Shown: in pieces, positions 43,942 to 55,644 of the stretch
Numbering within the stretch: the first letter of the stretch is position 1
How the letters are laid out: each line of letters opens with the position of its first letter
Assembly (NCBI RefSeq): GCF_009914755.1
Contig: NC_060928.1
Length of the DNA stretch: 64,000 bases
Origin: the human T2T-CHM13v2.0 reference genome, Homo sapiens
Direction: 5' to 3' (one strand)
Notes under the pieces: generated by a model
Seen by the model: the letters and a program-made list of their open reading frames with translations, nothing else
Databases searched by the model: none
What the model was told of the DNA's origin: nothing
Translations under genes and position numbers: made by a program

Positions 43942-44855
43942 CACAACAGAGACAGAAACAGAAAGGGAAAGTTCTGGGAAATACTTGGAGTTCTCCTCTT
44001 CCATTTCTTACTTTTCTTCCTCTCTGTTCCTGCTCTTGTCCGTTCTATTAAGAGTCCATGGTTTTCGGTGAGACTGTCACTTTTATAGCATAACAAACAT
44101 TTGCTAAAGGATATCATCAATATTATCCAGAAAAAAATATGGATTTGGCTTGTGGGTATTTCCCTCTGAAGACTGTGAGGCCCTCCAGCATTGCCAGCTC
44201 TCCACTGCTCTGGGGCCACTGAAGACCCCCACTTCTTTAGGTGATGCCCAGGTACTCAGGCATCAAAGTTTTTGGTGAGAAGGGAGAATAATGGAGACGA
44301 CCAAGGGCTTGTGGAAGAAGAGAAGGAGGATACTAAAATGAGAAGGGGAGGGAAGGAAAGGGGTTATGCTCATACCTTCAAAGTAAGTACTGTGAACTGA
44401 TAGGTGATGTGAAGAAAAAGTAAAGAACTGCTTTGCACCAACCCCGGGACTCCAGAGACAAGTGTGTCAACACTGGTTCACTCCTCCAGGTACTCCTGGT
44501 GTAGTGAAGTGGTAAAATGTGTACGTTTACATCTGTGATGGCACATGCAAATATATATATATATACACACACATATATTATATATTATAGCATTATATAT
44601 AATACACACACGTTATATTTAATAATATTATATATAATATACACAAACACGTATATATTAAAAGACACATACCAAACTGTTAGCAGTGATTTTTTTGTGG
44701 AGTAGGTAGTTTAGCTGTGGTGGTGAAGGGGAAGCATTAGCTGACTGCAAATAATTAAGGAATGAAGATGGGGGGGATCTTTATAAGTCTCTGTATTGTT
44801 TGCATGATTTACAATAGCCATGTTGCATAATTTGAAAACAAAGAAGAATTTTCTT

Positions 44856-45067
44856 CTTTTTTTTTTTGGAGATGGAGTCTCGCACTGTCGCCCAGGCTGG
44901 AGGGCAGTGGCGTGATCTCGGTTCCCTGCAAACTCTGCCTCCCGGGTTCCATAGAGACGGGGTTTCACCATGTTAGCCAGGACTGTCTTGATCTCCTGAC
45001 CTCATGATCCGCTCACCTCGGCCTCCCAAAGTGCTGGGATTACAGGTGTGAGCCACCGCACCCTGCG
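44856..45067 (-). mobile_element. AluY-like element with internal deletion
   Basis: CCCGGGTTCC joined directly to ATAGAGACGGGG; TGTTAGCCAGGA diagnostic. 22-bp TSD GAAAACAAAGAAGAATTTTCTT. Confidence 0.9.
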
Positions 45068-46264
45068 GAAAACAAAGAAGAATTTTCTTTTAAAAAGTTC
45101 AACCAAATCTCGGTTCACCTGCATAATTACTAGAACTGAGCAGGAGGAAGGGACCCTAATGTCCATTTCACTCTCCTGAGGATGGTTCATTCTGCCATTA
45201 GAGTTGCCCCAAAATTTGTAGCGAATGGTTCTGAAATCTTACCAGAAAAGCAATTGTTAGGTTTTCTTGGGAATGAGCATTTAGCTGTGCAAACAAATAA
45301 AACAGATGGATCATAAATTTTCATGATCACTTATACAAAGAGGAAAAACATAAGTATACAGTGAGATCACACACAACATAAATCCTATATCCAGTACTCC
45401 ATGGATTAGCTGTGTTCACTGACACAGCACTAGAATTTGTACTTTCTCTTACCATCTAATTTGAATACCTTGAATTCTTTCAAAATCAGAAATTCTCTTA
45501 TTAGGTATGATATTTAAAGACTCCCAGCTGTATGGTGAACAAGTTGCACATTTTACATTAATGGACTCACAGGGGCTTTAGACATTAAAGTCACAAACAG
45601 TACCACCTTAAAACTTACTGATTCCAATTACATGCTGTATATTCCTATTTCTATACTACATTGTGAGTGCTTAGGAGGTCAGGTAGTCTTTTTTTTAAAA
45701 AGTTTCTTATATCACTAAGTAAAGGGCAATGTCACTTTAAAGTGCATCAGACACTTGCTTGAATCAGGAAAGACTAAATTCACTACATAGAAGAAACAGG
45801 CAACTGCTCTTTCTTGGTCTTCCCAGTCATGACTTTTCTGTTTGGCGACTGATGAAGTATAATATTTTCATTCTTCTGTTCACCCAATAACTGCTTTTTG
45901 CATGCTCAGTTTATTTGGATATCAACTACAATGTGGAAAAAGGTAGAAGAGATAAAAACTAATAATGTATTTATTATATTTAACTTCATAGGAAGATTGG
46001 CTGGTGGTTATGTGTTTGATTCATGACTCATGCAATGACTACCCGTTAGACCATTGGTAACGAAGACTTGACTTTAGTCAGTATCTTATTAGGCTTCTTT
46101 CATACCCTTTGATAGTTTCCCCTGAAAGTACCTCTGCCATTGATCCAACAAATGAGCAAGTGCGTAAGCACAAAGTCATGGAAAATGTGTCTCGTAGGTA
46201 TCATTTGTTGTTGTGAATATTGAAAGAACTCTTAACAGATATTGGATTTTTAAACAATATTCTT

Positions 46265-46542
46265 GGCTGGGTGCAGGGGCTCACACCTGTAATCCCAGCA
46301 CTTTGGGAGACCGAGGTAGGCTGATTACTTGAGGTCAGGAGTTTGAGACCAGCCTGGCCAACATGGTGAAAGCCCATCTCTTCTACAAATACAAAAATTA
46401 GCCGGGTGCAGTGGCTCACGCCTGAATTCCAGCTACTTGGGAGGCTTCTTTTCTGGAAGGCAGAGGTTGCAGTGAGCTGAGATTGTACCACTGCACTCCT
46501 GCCTGGGCAACAGAACAATGCTCTGTCTCAAAGAAAAAAAAA
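46265..46542 (+). mobile_element. AluS with a small right-arm deletion
   Basis: GGCTGGGTGCAGGGGCTCACACCTGTAATCCCAGC... plus A tail. Confidence 0.9.
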
Positions 46543-48099
46543 CCACTAAAAAGATTGAAGATAAGAATTTATACATTCTTGTTCATTTCCATATGTACTT
46601 GCGTAGCATTTTTCATGTAAGACAGCTTCCCCGTACTCCAGCCAGAGAGCATGACTCTAAAATAAATATACTTGTGACTGGATGTGGGAGGAAAAAGACT
46701 AAAATTAGAGAGATCAACAAGCTCTAATATTAGGGATTTATTTTGAAAATGTCACCTCTAATGAGAACTAACAGGAAAATTATTTAAAGATTAATTTACT
46801 TTTTTAATATGTCAAAGTATTGTCCTATCTTAAACAAAAGAAGTAGCTTGCCTTTCTGCATTATTTTTGTCAGGTTCAGGAAAAACGGCATCATCGACTT
46901 AATAATGAAGGATAAAAATTAGTATTTTGTCTAAGTGGGGAAGAGACAGACCAGGACAGAGGTAGGGCAAAGATAAAGAAACCTAGACAGATATTCTTGA
47001 TCCATCTGTAGCTTCTAAGCCACTCTTCATTTTTCAGCCAAATAGTTAACACACAAAATTAGATATCTCATTCTGCATTTAGATGGGGTACTGTGTCACC
47101 ATGGTAACTGGTTTTTCTTAAACATAGCTCTGCATGTACATACAGTCCAAATTAGCTACAGAAGAGGGACACACATACAATATTCCTGGAGCTTATATAA
47201 AATCAGCTTATCTATTTTATTTTCTGAAGTGAGGTATGTGACTTTATGTTTGCAAATGCTCTTTCAGTAAAATTTTCCTTTCTCAGTGTAGTTTGTCTCT
47301 GATCTCTTCTGTTGTTATAATCCTGGAAATAATATTCCAGATAAAATTTCAGGTGATAATCAATATGCGAAAAGACTTATTTGTATATGCTTGCTGGCTT
47401 TTGTCAGTAAGTTCTTAGTGTGGGGAATATGAATTGTATAACCTACCACTTGAGCTTCTTCCCTTTCAAATGCTACTTCGTTTGGCTCATCCTTATGGAG
47501 TATTTTGGATCATTTTTCTTGAAAGATTATCCCCAAATAGCATATCCACCCCCACTGACTCCTCCTTATGATAAAATTGCTAAGAAAACAACTTAATGCA
47601 AATTGACAGAACTTTAAAAAAAGAAGGATGTTGCCACAACATGGTATTCAAACCAAAAAATATCTCCAGCATTCTTCTAATAGTTTTTACTTGCAGATTT
47701 ATCTGAAAGAAAAGATACATAATTTATAGTTTGAACTCCATTACATGACACTATAAAAATCATGTGATTCTTTGTACTTTTCAAGTCTCTCTTTCTGTTT
47801 TTTTTTTCTTTTGTTTTCTGAGAAGAGAGTTTAATATGATACAGTTAGGTGGAAATTATATCATTTGCTGTTTTACAATTTTCAGGGCCACCCTGGTTTC
47901 TTTTAGTTTTTTGGTACTAAGATGGCATAACGTTCATAGTGTTTGTTAATATTTAACTGCAAAGGGGTAAAATTAATCCTATTTCCTCTGCTGAACATTA
48001 GTGAAATTATTCTTCTGCTTTTGGCTATAGGATGTACTCACAAGGTTTTTCCAGTGTCTGTAGCTGTGCCCCTTCTATTTAAAGGAAAACTGCAACCTT

Positions 48100-48310
48100 T
48101 ATATTGAGCCCCAGTTATGTACCAGTCATTTGGTGGAAAGTTCAGCATGCCCTGTCATTAATTCTCACAAAACTTTGCAAGGTAGGCATCGTTTCCACTG
48201 CAGAAAAGGAAACTAATGCTCGGAGCGATTAAGTTATTTTCCCTCTCTTACACAGCTTTTAAAGTGGCAGAGCCGAGATGCAAATGTAGATTCCAGAACA
48301 CACTTGCTCA
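48100..48310 (-). mobile_element. MIR
   Basis: ATTAATTCTCACAAAAC...AGGAAACTAATGCTCGGAG...AAGTGGCAGAGCCGAGAT. Confidence 0.75.
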
Positions 48311-50277
48311 GAGGATACCAAGCCCATGTCTAATGGTGTCATTACTAAGTATCAGCAGATAAGGGCTCATCTGCGTTGGGTTACGTTGGACTGGCTGTGT
48401 TTTTTCGTTAAAACTCTCATCGTTCTGTTGGAAGATCATCATGTCAACGCACCAGGAGGATTACCAGAAGGTAGTAGTAGTCTAAACCAAACCTTAAACT
48501 TCAAGTTATTATCATTAACTTGCTTTGAGTTGAGGTCTCCATTTCTACCAGGAAGTGAATATGTAATACTTTCTTCCTTCCGCAGACTGTCGAGACTCAA
48601 TTGTGCTGAAATATTTCTTAAAAATTGTTTAAGTGTGTGTATATCCTGGCTTCTATATGCAATAGGAAGAAAGATGATAGCGGTTCAGCAAAAGTTTCTG
48701 AGAACATGACATTAACAACAGTGCCTGAGGAAACGAGAAAGGTACCGGCATTGCCTGAATGGGCTGAGAGAGATGAAGAGCTGCAGTCTGTTGCCTGTAG
48801 AGGAGCAAGGACATCCTGCTGCAACACTGATGTGACTAGCATGTGGTAGGGAGGGACACACACAGGTCCTTGAATGCCAGAGCTAGAGATGACCTTCAGG
48901 AACATCTCATCCAGTGGTTGCCGCACTGTGTCTTGGAGAGCTTCCTAAGCACACGTCCCAAAAGCAACTAAAGGGTGTGGACTGGGGTGACTCCTGGGCT
49001 TCTGCTTGTGCATCCCAACCTGTTTTTTAACCCCAGTGTTTCCATTTTTATCAGCTCTATTTTTGGAAGTTTATCCAAAGATTTTATTTTATAAAAGAGA
49101 CTGCAGCTTTTTAAAAGTTTGAAAATTCCCTAATTTTATAAATGAGGAAAATGAGACTTAAACATAATCTATCTTAACAATTCCTTCCTCAGTAATAAGC
49201 AAACTGTTGGAGCATATTCCTATTGATATGCTCATGATAGTCTTAACTATCACAAACCAGCTTTACAAGCCCACTAGGTGGTGTGAACATCTGAGAACAT
49301 GAAAATCAATGTATGGGCATAAAGTCTACACCTCAATTCTACCAGAATGTTTTGCTATTATGTTCCTTGAGACAAATCAATGATAGAGAAAACCTGCCTT
49401 TATTTTCTCTTTAAGATGAAAACTGCAAAATCAGCCTCCATTATCGGGAACTGATTCAAAGGGAAGAGTTGGCTGGGTGTTCTACCAAGAAAGGGGCAAG
49501 GCTAAAGGAAAGAAAATTATATGTTAAGGAGAGTGATTTTTTATATTATTAACTCAAAGCAAGAAACTTTCATTCACCCAGGATACAGAAAATATATTTG
49601 AGGTGTAAACCAACCCTACGGTTCTTTATTTGGGAAGGAAAAAAATATCCTCCCTTTTGCAAATTCATATGCAAAATGTTCCTATTAAAACAGTTTCCAT
49701 AATTCTGGGCAACAAAATGTCTTAAAAGAAAAAGCACCAACTTGGTACCCAGGCATTTCTGAGTATGAATTCAGCACTGCCAAATCATAGTTGTGTGCCT
49801 TTGTGGGCTTCACATTCCTCTTTGTAAATGCCTGCGGAACTATTTGAAGGATTCGAGAGAATATGCGTGATATGCCCAGCACTGTGCCTGACATTATTAT
49901 CATTGTACATTGTTATTGTTTTTGTTGTGATTGAACCTGAAAATAAGGATTCAGAGTTACAGAAAGATAGATGGTGTGATTTTCTTACAGTAAGAATATT
50001 ATTGTGGTTCTGCAGCTCGTTTCATTTAGCAGAGAAATTCTATTTGGTAGTGGAAGACTTCAATGCTATGGGGAGAAGAATTCTGAAGCTTCTCAGCAGG
50101 AACAATTAACATAAGTGTAGGAATGGAAATATAGTTAAAATGACAGCATATGTGTCAGGTATGTATCATCTCTTCCCTGTGCTAGGGAGGTTTTAGGAAC
50201 AGGTAACACATGTATTGAGCCACAACTTTGTGCCCAATGGTTCCCATCATTGATGGGGGACAACGGAGAAAAATACC

Positions 50278-50818
50278 TTTTTTTTTTTTTATTATAGTAT
50301 TTTCGTCTTTTTTTTTCCTTTTTTTAATTATTATTATACTTTCAGTTTTAGGGTACATGTGCACAATGTACAGGTTAGTTACATATGTATACATGTGCCA
50401 TGCTGGTGTTCTGCACCCATTAACTCGTCATTTAACATTAGGTATATCTCCTAATGCTATCCCTCCCCCCTCCCCCCACCCCAAAACAGTCCCCAGAGTG
50501 TGATGTTCCCCTTCCTGTGTCCGTGTGTTCTCATGGTTCAATTCCCATCTGTGAGTGAGAACATGCAGTGTTTGGTTTTTTGACCTTGCAATAGTTTACT
50601 GAGAATGATGATTTCCAATTTCACCCATGTCCCTACAAAGGACATGAACTCATCATTTTTTATGGCTGCATAGTATTCCATGGTGTATATGTGCCACATT
50701 TTCTTAATCCAGTCTATCATTGTTGGACATTTGGGTTGGTTCCAAGTCTTTGCTATTGTGAATAGTGCCGCAATAAACATAAGTGTGCATGTGTCTTTAT
50801 AAAAAAAAAATAAATTAA
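50278..50818 (-). mobile_element. 5'-truncated L1PA3-like 3' end with homopolymer tracts at both ends
   Basis: Antisense L1 3'UTR and ORF2 end ([27 protein letters not shown]). T tract on the left, A tract at 50801-50818. TSD AAAAATACC at 50269-50277 and 50819-50827. Confidence 0.93.
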
Positions 50819-52540
50819 AAAAATACCATCTCCTTCTTTCACTGCAAAGATTTTACCAGATACAGAAAAGGCTGTTTTTAGAGCCTCAACAGCTGGTTTG
50901 CTATAATAGAGCTTTAGGAGCTGCAGAGGAAAGGGTCAACTTTAAGTAAGAAAGAGCAGGAGAGAAATTTCAGGGAGAAGTCAGAGAATAAACAATCTAG
51001 GTTGGAGATGCTGTGTGTATCCTGACAGGTGCCACCTGCTATGCTCAGCATTTGTTCAAACACAAGGCCTTTACTTTACCTGTTGGAGACTTTTCAGTGC
51101 TATTGTAAACTCTTAGAGAAACCCTAGCATTGAAACAAAAGTAGATTCAAGATTTAGCTAACCAGAAAAATGTGATTTGAGTCAATTTTTTCAAGGAACC
51201 TCAGAGGCCTGGAGTCAGTGGGTTTCCAGTAGCCTCTGGATTATTGCTGGGCCAAGCAAGCCAATTAAAAGAAGGGCTCTTATAGAAAGAAGGGTGGGCA
51301 TATCGGGAAAGTTTCCCTAATGTGACTGTGGTCTTCAGAGAACAGAATTAGAGATTTTGTACACTTTGAAATTTTTCTAGAACAACAGGCAAAATAATAC
51401 AGAAAAATAGTACATTGTGTGGATATAAATTTTTCTATCAAGATTGTTGCCTTTCTGGAAAATAATACTCTTGTCTCCCATATTAGGAGTCTATCAGGCT
51501 GATCATCCACCCCTCATTTGTAGAAATTACTGTTTTAAAAATCTAAGCTATGTGGGTCATATGAGAATGTGGGCTGGCAGTGTAGGTCCTATCATGCTAC
51601 ACTTGGTCATCTTGCTCAAAACGTGTCAGCCAGGCTCTCTGGTTCTCCCGAGGCAGATTGCTAAAGCAATCTTTACTGCTTCTATTCTAAAGCCTTATTA
51701 CCTAGTTGTAGCCTTTTAAGCTATAATTACTTGCTAAAGATGATATTTTTCTTTTGCAAGTGAATGGCTCAGAATGAGTATATGAAACTACCCTATTTGA
51801 ATAAGTGCATCAATTTGGTATCTTGAAGTAAGCAAGGTTAATAAATGGATGCATTCTGCCTAGTCCCTGAACATAATTAAATTCAAACATTGCCCAGGAG
51901 GGAATCATGTTGCTGACCACCTTCCACAAGGACAGCACCAGGGAGAATAGCATCTACAGCCTAATCACTAAATCTTGCCTCCTCACCAGGAAGAAACAAT
52001 GAATTAACCATTTTAAATCACATTGGAAGCTCAGGGTTGCTTTGCATTTCTGTTGTAAATATTCCCCCAAACACTCTGATTTTGCCATGTCCTTTGCGGA
52101 TGTAGTTTGTCCATGAAGCAACACCAAGGAAACCTGTTTTCTGCATATCCATGTGTCTACAGGCAACTTTGGCAACTGGAGTTTTTATTTTTTAAATTTT
52201 CAAACAGTATTTTCTCTTACCTTGGCTGCTGAGTTGATTGTGGAAGCTCAACTCCACTGTTCCAATCTTGGGAGTCCCCATTGAGTGTCTAATTAATGTG
52301 TCACAAACATAGCACTTTTAGCTATAAAACAGATTCTACCATATTCCCATTCTTTCACTCTACTTTTGGATTTCTATCTATATATCTGCTGCCCAAGCCA
52401 TTAAATTCTACGAGGTCTCAAAGAGAAAACTCACCTTTGCTTCCACTGGTCTGGGCACTGTCTGTGGCTGTTGTCCACCAAAGTCATGCAGTACCAACAA
52501 CACTGGGAGTTGAAGCTCTTTTGTCCATTCATCCTCTAAG

Positions 52541-52708
52541 GCTAGGTTGTCAGATTTAGCAAATAAAAATACAGATAAGCAATAAATAAATGTTTCATGT
52601 AAATATGTCCCAAATATTACATGGGATATACTCACACTAAAAAAAAAAAGTGTTATTTATCTGCATTTCAAATTTAACAGGATCTTCTGTATTTTATCAG
52701 GCAATGCT
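52541..52708. mobile_element. MER53 hAT MITE
   Basis: AGGTTGTCAGATTTAGCAAATAAAAATACAG...ATGTCCCAAATATTACATGGGATAT...CTGTATTTTATCAGGCAA. Confidence 0.8.
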
Positions 52709-52904
52709 TTCTAAAATACATATAAAATGTGTGTTTTGTCCCCACAACAATATTATAAGGTGATTATTATTATTATAATTATTATTATAAGCCCTATTTT
52801 ATTGAAGAGGAAGCTAAAGCTTAGCAAAGTTTTGTAAATCAGTACAGTGTCACTCCACTAGTAAGGTCCAGGGATCATCTGATTTCAGTCTCATGCTCTT
52901 AAAT

Positions 52905-53246
52905 ATAGTTTTCCTTTAGTATTCATGAGGGATTCATTCCAGGATCCCTCCCACACCAAAATATATGGGTGATCAAGCTCCTTATATAAAATTTTGTAAT
53001 ATCTCCATATAGCCCATGCACATCTTCCTGTGTATTTTTAATCATTTCTAGATTACTTATAATATTTAATACAATGTAAGTGCTATATAAATAGTTGTTA
53101 TACTGTATTGTTTAGGGAATAATGACAAGGAAAAAAGTCTTTACATGTTAGTACAGATTCAACTATCCTTTTTTACCCTCCTGAATATTCTTGATCTGTG
53201 ATTAAGTCCATGAATGTGGGCCCACAGATACAGAGGGCCAACTATA
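52905..53246 (+). mobile_element. MER2
   Basis: GGGATTCATTCCAGGATCCC...CTTATATAAAAT...CCCACAGATACAGAGGGCCAACT. Confidence 0.85.
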
Positions 53247-54183
53247 CTCAATAATGTTGCTCAATCTCTCTTTTATTATACTGCTACATACATCATATTT
53301 CTGCTACAAAAAGATTGTCAAATCCACATTGTCAAATGTAAAATATTTTCAGTGGAATTTTGAGTTAACGGTGATAAAACCTCAGTATATGAGTACAAAA
53401 GTAACCTGCCACCTATCTATCCATCTATCCATCTAGCTAGCTACCTGTCTATCTTTGTCATAGACTGCACGACCAAGTGAGGTGGGCTCTAGTTGCCAGG
53501 GAAACCAGCAAACCTGAATATCAAAAATGTGATAAAGTCTTAATAATATGCAGCTATTCTGCAACCTTTCTCCCTTACCCCTTTGGTCAATGTGCCCTAC
53601 GCCCTAAGACCCAGATTCTATGCACTTCATACATTGTCTTGCCTGGCTAGGAAATTGGCTAACCAATAAATCACCTCACCTACTATTTCCTCGTGCTTGC
53701 TTTGTCTCTTTTTGCCCAAGAATGAGTCAGCTGCTAGTAACAAAAGTTTATCCTTTTTTTTTTCAATAACTAGTAGACACATGAGTCCAGTGTCTGTCAT
53801 CATCAGCCATTGGTTCGGCCTCTTTGAATGAACCAATAAAAACCAAAAACCACACTACACTGAAGAAATTATTAAAATAATCTTACTATCCTTAAAGTCA
53901 TCCATTCAGAGAGAGTGATTTGCATGCCCCTCAAGGAACACAGACCCACTTCCTTTCATCTGGTTGCATTCAGAGACAAATATCCATCCATTCCAGGGAT
54001 GGAAACTCCTCTAAAAAGAGCCCCCCTTTAAGAAGAATCTAAGAAGGCTGGAGTAGACAGGGAACTTATCTGTGTCTACTATATTTCACATAAAAATTTC
54101 CTCTCCATATCATATTCTATCAAAAGAGCTCCATCTTTATGTTGGTTGAACAACTGCCCTAATCTTATAAAATTTTAAGTGAC

Positions 54184-55537
54184 ATATGCTTTTAATTTTA
54201 CTTATTCTATTTCTGCCTAGAATCAGATATTTTTTTGAAGGACTTGCCAAAGATACATTCAACAGAAAGTCAGCAAATCAAACTCTAGCCAAAATGTCTA
54301 GGTTCCTTTTGTTTAATCCATTCCTGAAAACCAAAGGTAAACTGACTTGTGTATTGCCAAACATATCTATTCAGCAACTGGAGGTTAAAGAAGTGTTCGG
54401 TGTCTTGAGTGTTTCAGAAATATAATCTGAATATTCAGACTAAGACCTTTCAACTTTCAGTTATGTTTTCACGGTGGCCTTGAGCTCAGGGAAAGGATCT
54501 TCCTCCTGCAAGGATCCCTCATTTGTAGATAGCTACTATTTAAAAAGATCATGTGCTTAAATAGAGCATAACTTGGGATTAACTTTCCTTTCTAATAAAG
54601 AACCTATGTCTCCAGATGGCATATTTTACTTTCAAAATATACTAGAACAGGGGTTGCAAGTTTGTTTTTAGTTACTCCTTGGAGCACTGTGCTAAGGAGA
54701 CTTCTCAGGTCACATTCTGGCTCTGGAAAAAGTTACATGACTAATCAGCCATGTTTTCCATGGTTGCATCTTTGAAGAGAGGAGCACACATGCATTATAT
54801 TTAGTACACCTGTATTAAAAGCACAAGCTGTCCACGTGAGAATGGAAATTAACTTCATATTTCTGGGATGAGAAAACAGTATTTGTACCTGGCAAAGACA
54901 GTTTCATTTCTTCCTCAAACTAATTGGCTAGAGTTTGCTAAGCAGAGAAGCACTGCTTCCTCTCTCTTATATTTTACTGTATTCATCTAAAAGGAGTTGT
55001 GCCATAGTCTGAATATTTGAGTACTCCCACAAAATTCCTATGTTGAAATCTTAACCCCCAAGGTGATGGTATTAGGAGTGAGGACTTTGGGGGTTATTAG
55101 ATCATGAGAGCAGAGCCCCCATGAATGGGATTAGTGGTCTTATAAAAGAAGCTCAAGAGAAATCCCTTGCTTCTTCCACCATGTGAGGACACAGCAGGAA
55201 AATATTGTATAGCAATCAGAAAATGAGGCCTTGTTTAGAAGCCACCCAGTTTATGGCGTTTTGTTATAGTAGACCAATAGACTAAAACAACTTGTTAAGG
55301 ACTGAATTGTGCATGTGCTTGCTCATAGTAATGCAAATAAGTACAGCAACCCTACCTGTAAGTTGCATGTAGTTTTAGCTTACAGAAATGTTAAGACAGG
55401 ATGTTAAAGCATGTGGAGCAGCACTCAGTGTGTTTGATATGCTTTTAATTTTACTTATTCTATTTCTGCCTAGAATCAGACATTTTTTTCAAGGACTTGC
55501 CAAAGATACATTCAACAGAAAGCCAGCAAATCAAACT
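54184..55537 (+). repeat. Dispersed direct duplication, 101 bp (54184-54284 and 55437-55537)
   Basis: 98/101 identical by manual alignment; also visible as the repeated peptide MLLILLILFLPRIR...ANQT in the ORF track. Confidence 0.95.
54998..55290 (+). mobile_element. MLT1A-type LTR (internally shortened)
   Basis: TGTGCCATAGTCTGAATA...ATGTTGAAATCTTAACCCCCAAGGTGATGG...CATGTGAGGACACAGC...GACTAAAACA. Confidence 0.85.
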
Positions 55538-55576
55538 AAGATCACTACTGTCATCCATATGACAAGTTATTTCTTG

Positions 55577-55644
55577 TTAAAGAAAGACCCAAGGCCCTAC
55601 ATGGGTACTTTCTTCCCCATGCAGGGCCTTGGGTCTTTCTTTAA
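55577..55644. other. 29-bp near-perfect inverted repeat (pre-miRNA-like hairpin)
   Basis: TTAAAGAAAGACCCAAGGCCCTACATGGG (55577-55605) pairs with 55616-55644 at 28/29 positions; 10-nt loop. Confidence 0.92.

Noticed and set aside
44241-44382. Plus-strand exon (TTTAG|G ... AAA|GTAAGT)
   Set aside because: Stops in all three frames and no supporting partner exons; compatible with chance motifs.
46018-46042. AP-1-like TGACTCA cluster
   Set aside because: A single 7-mer match with no independent evidence of enhancer function.
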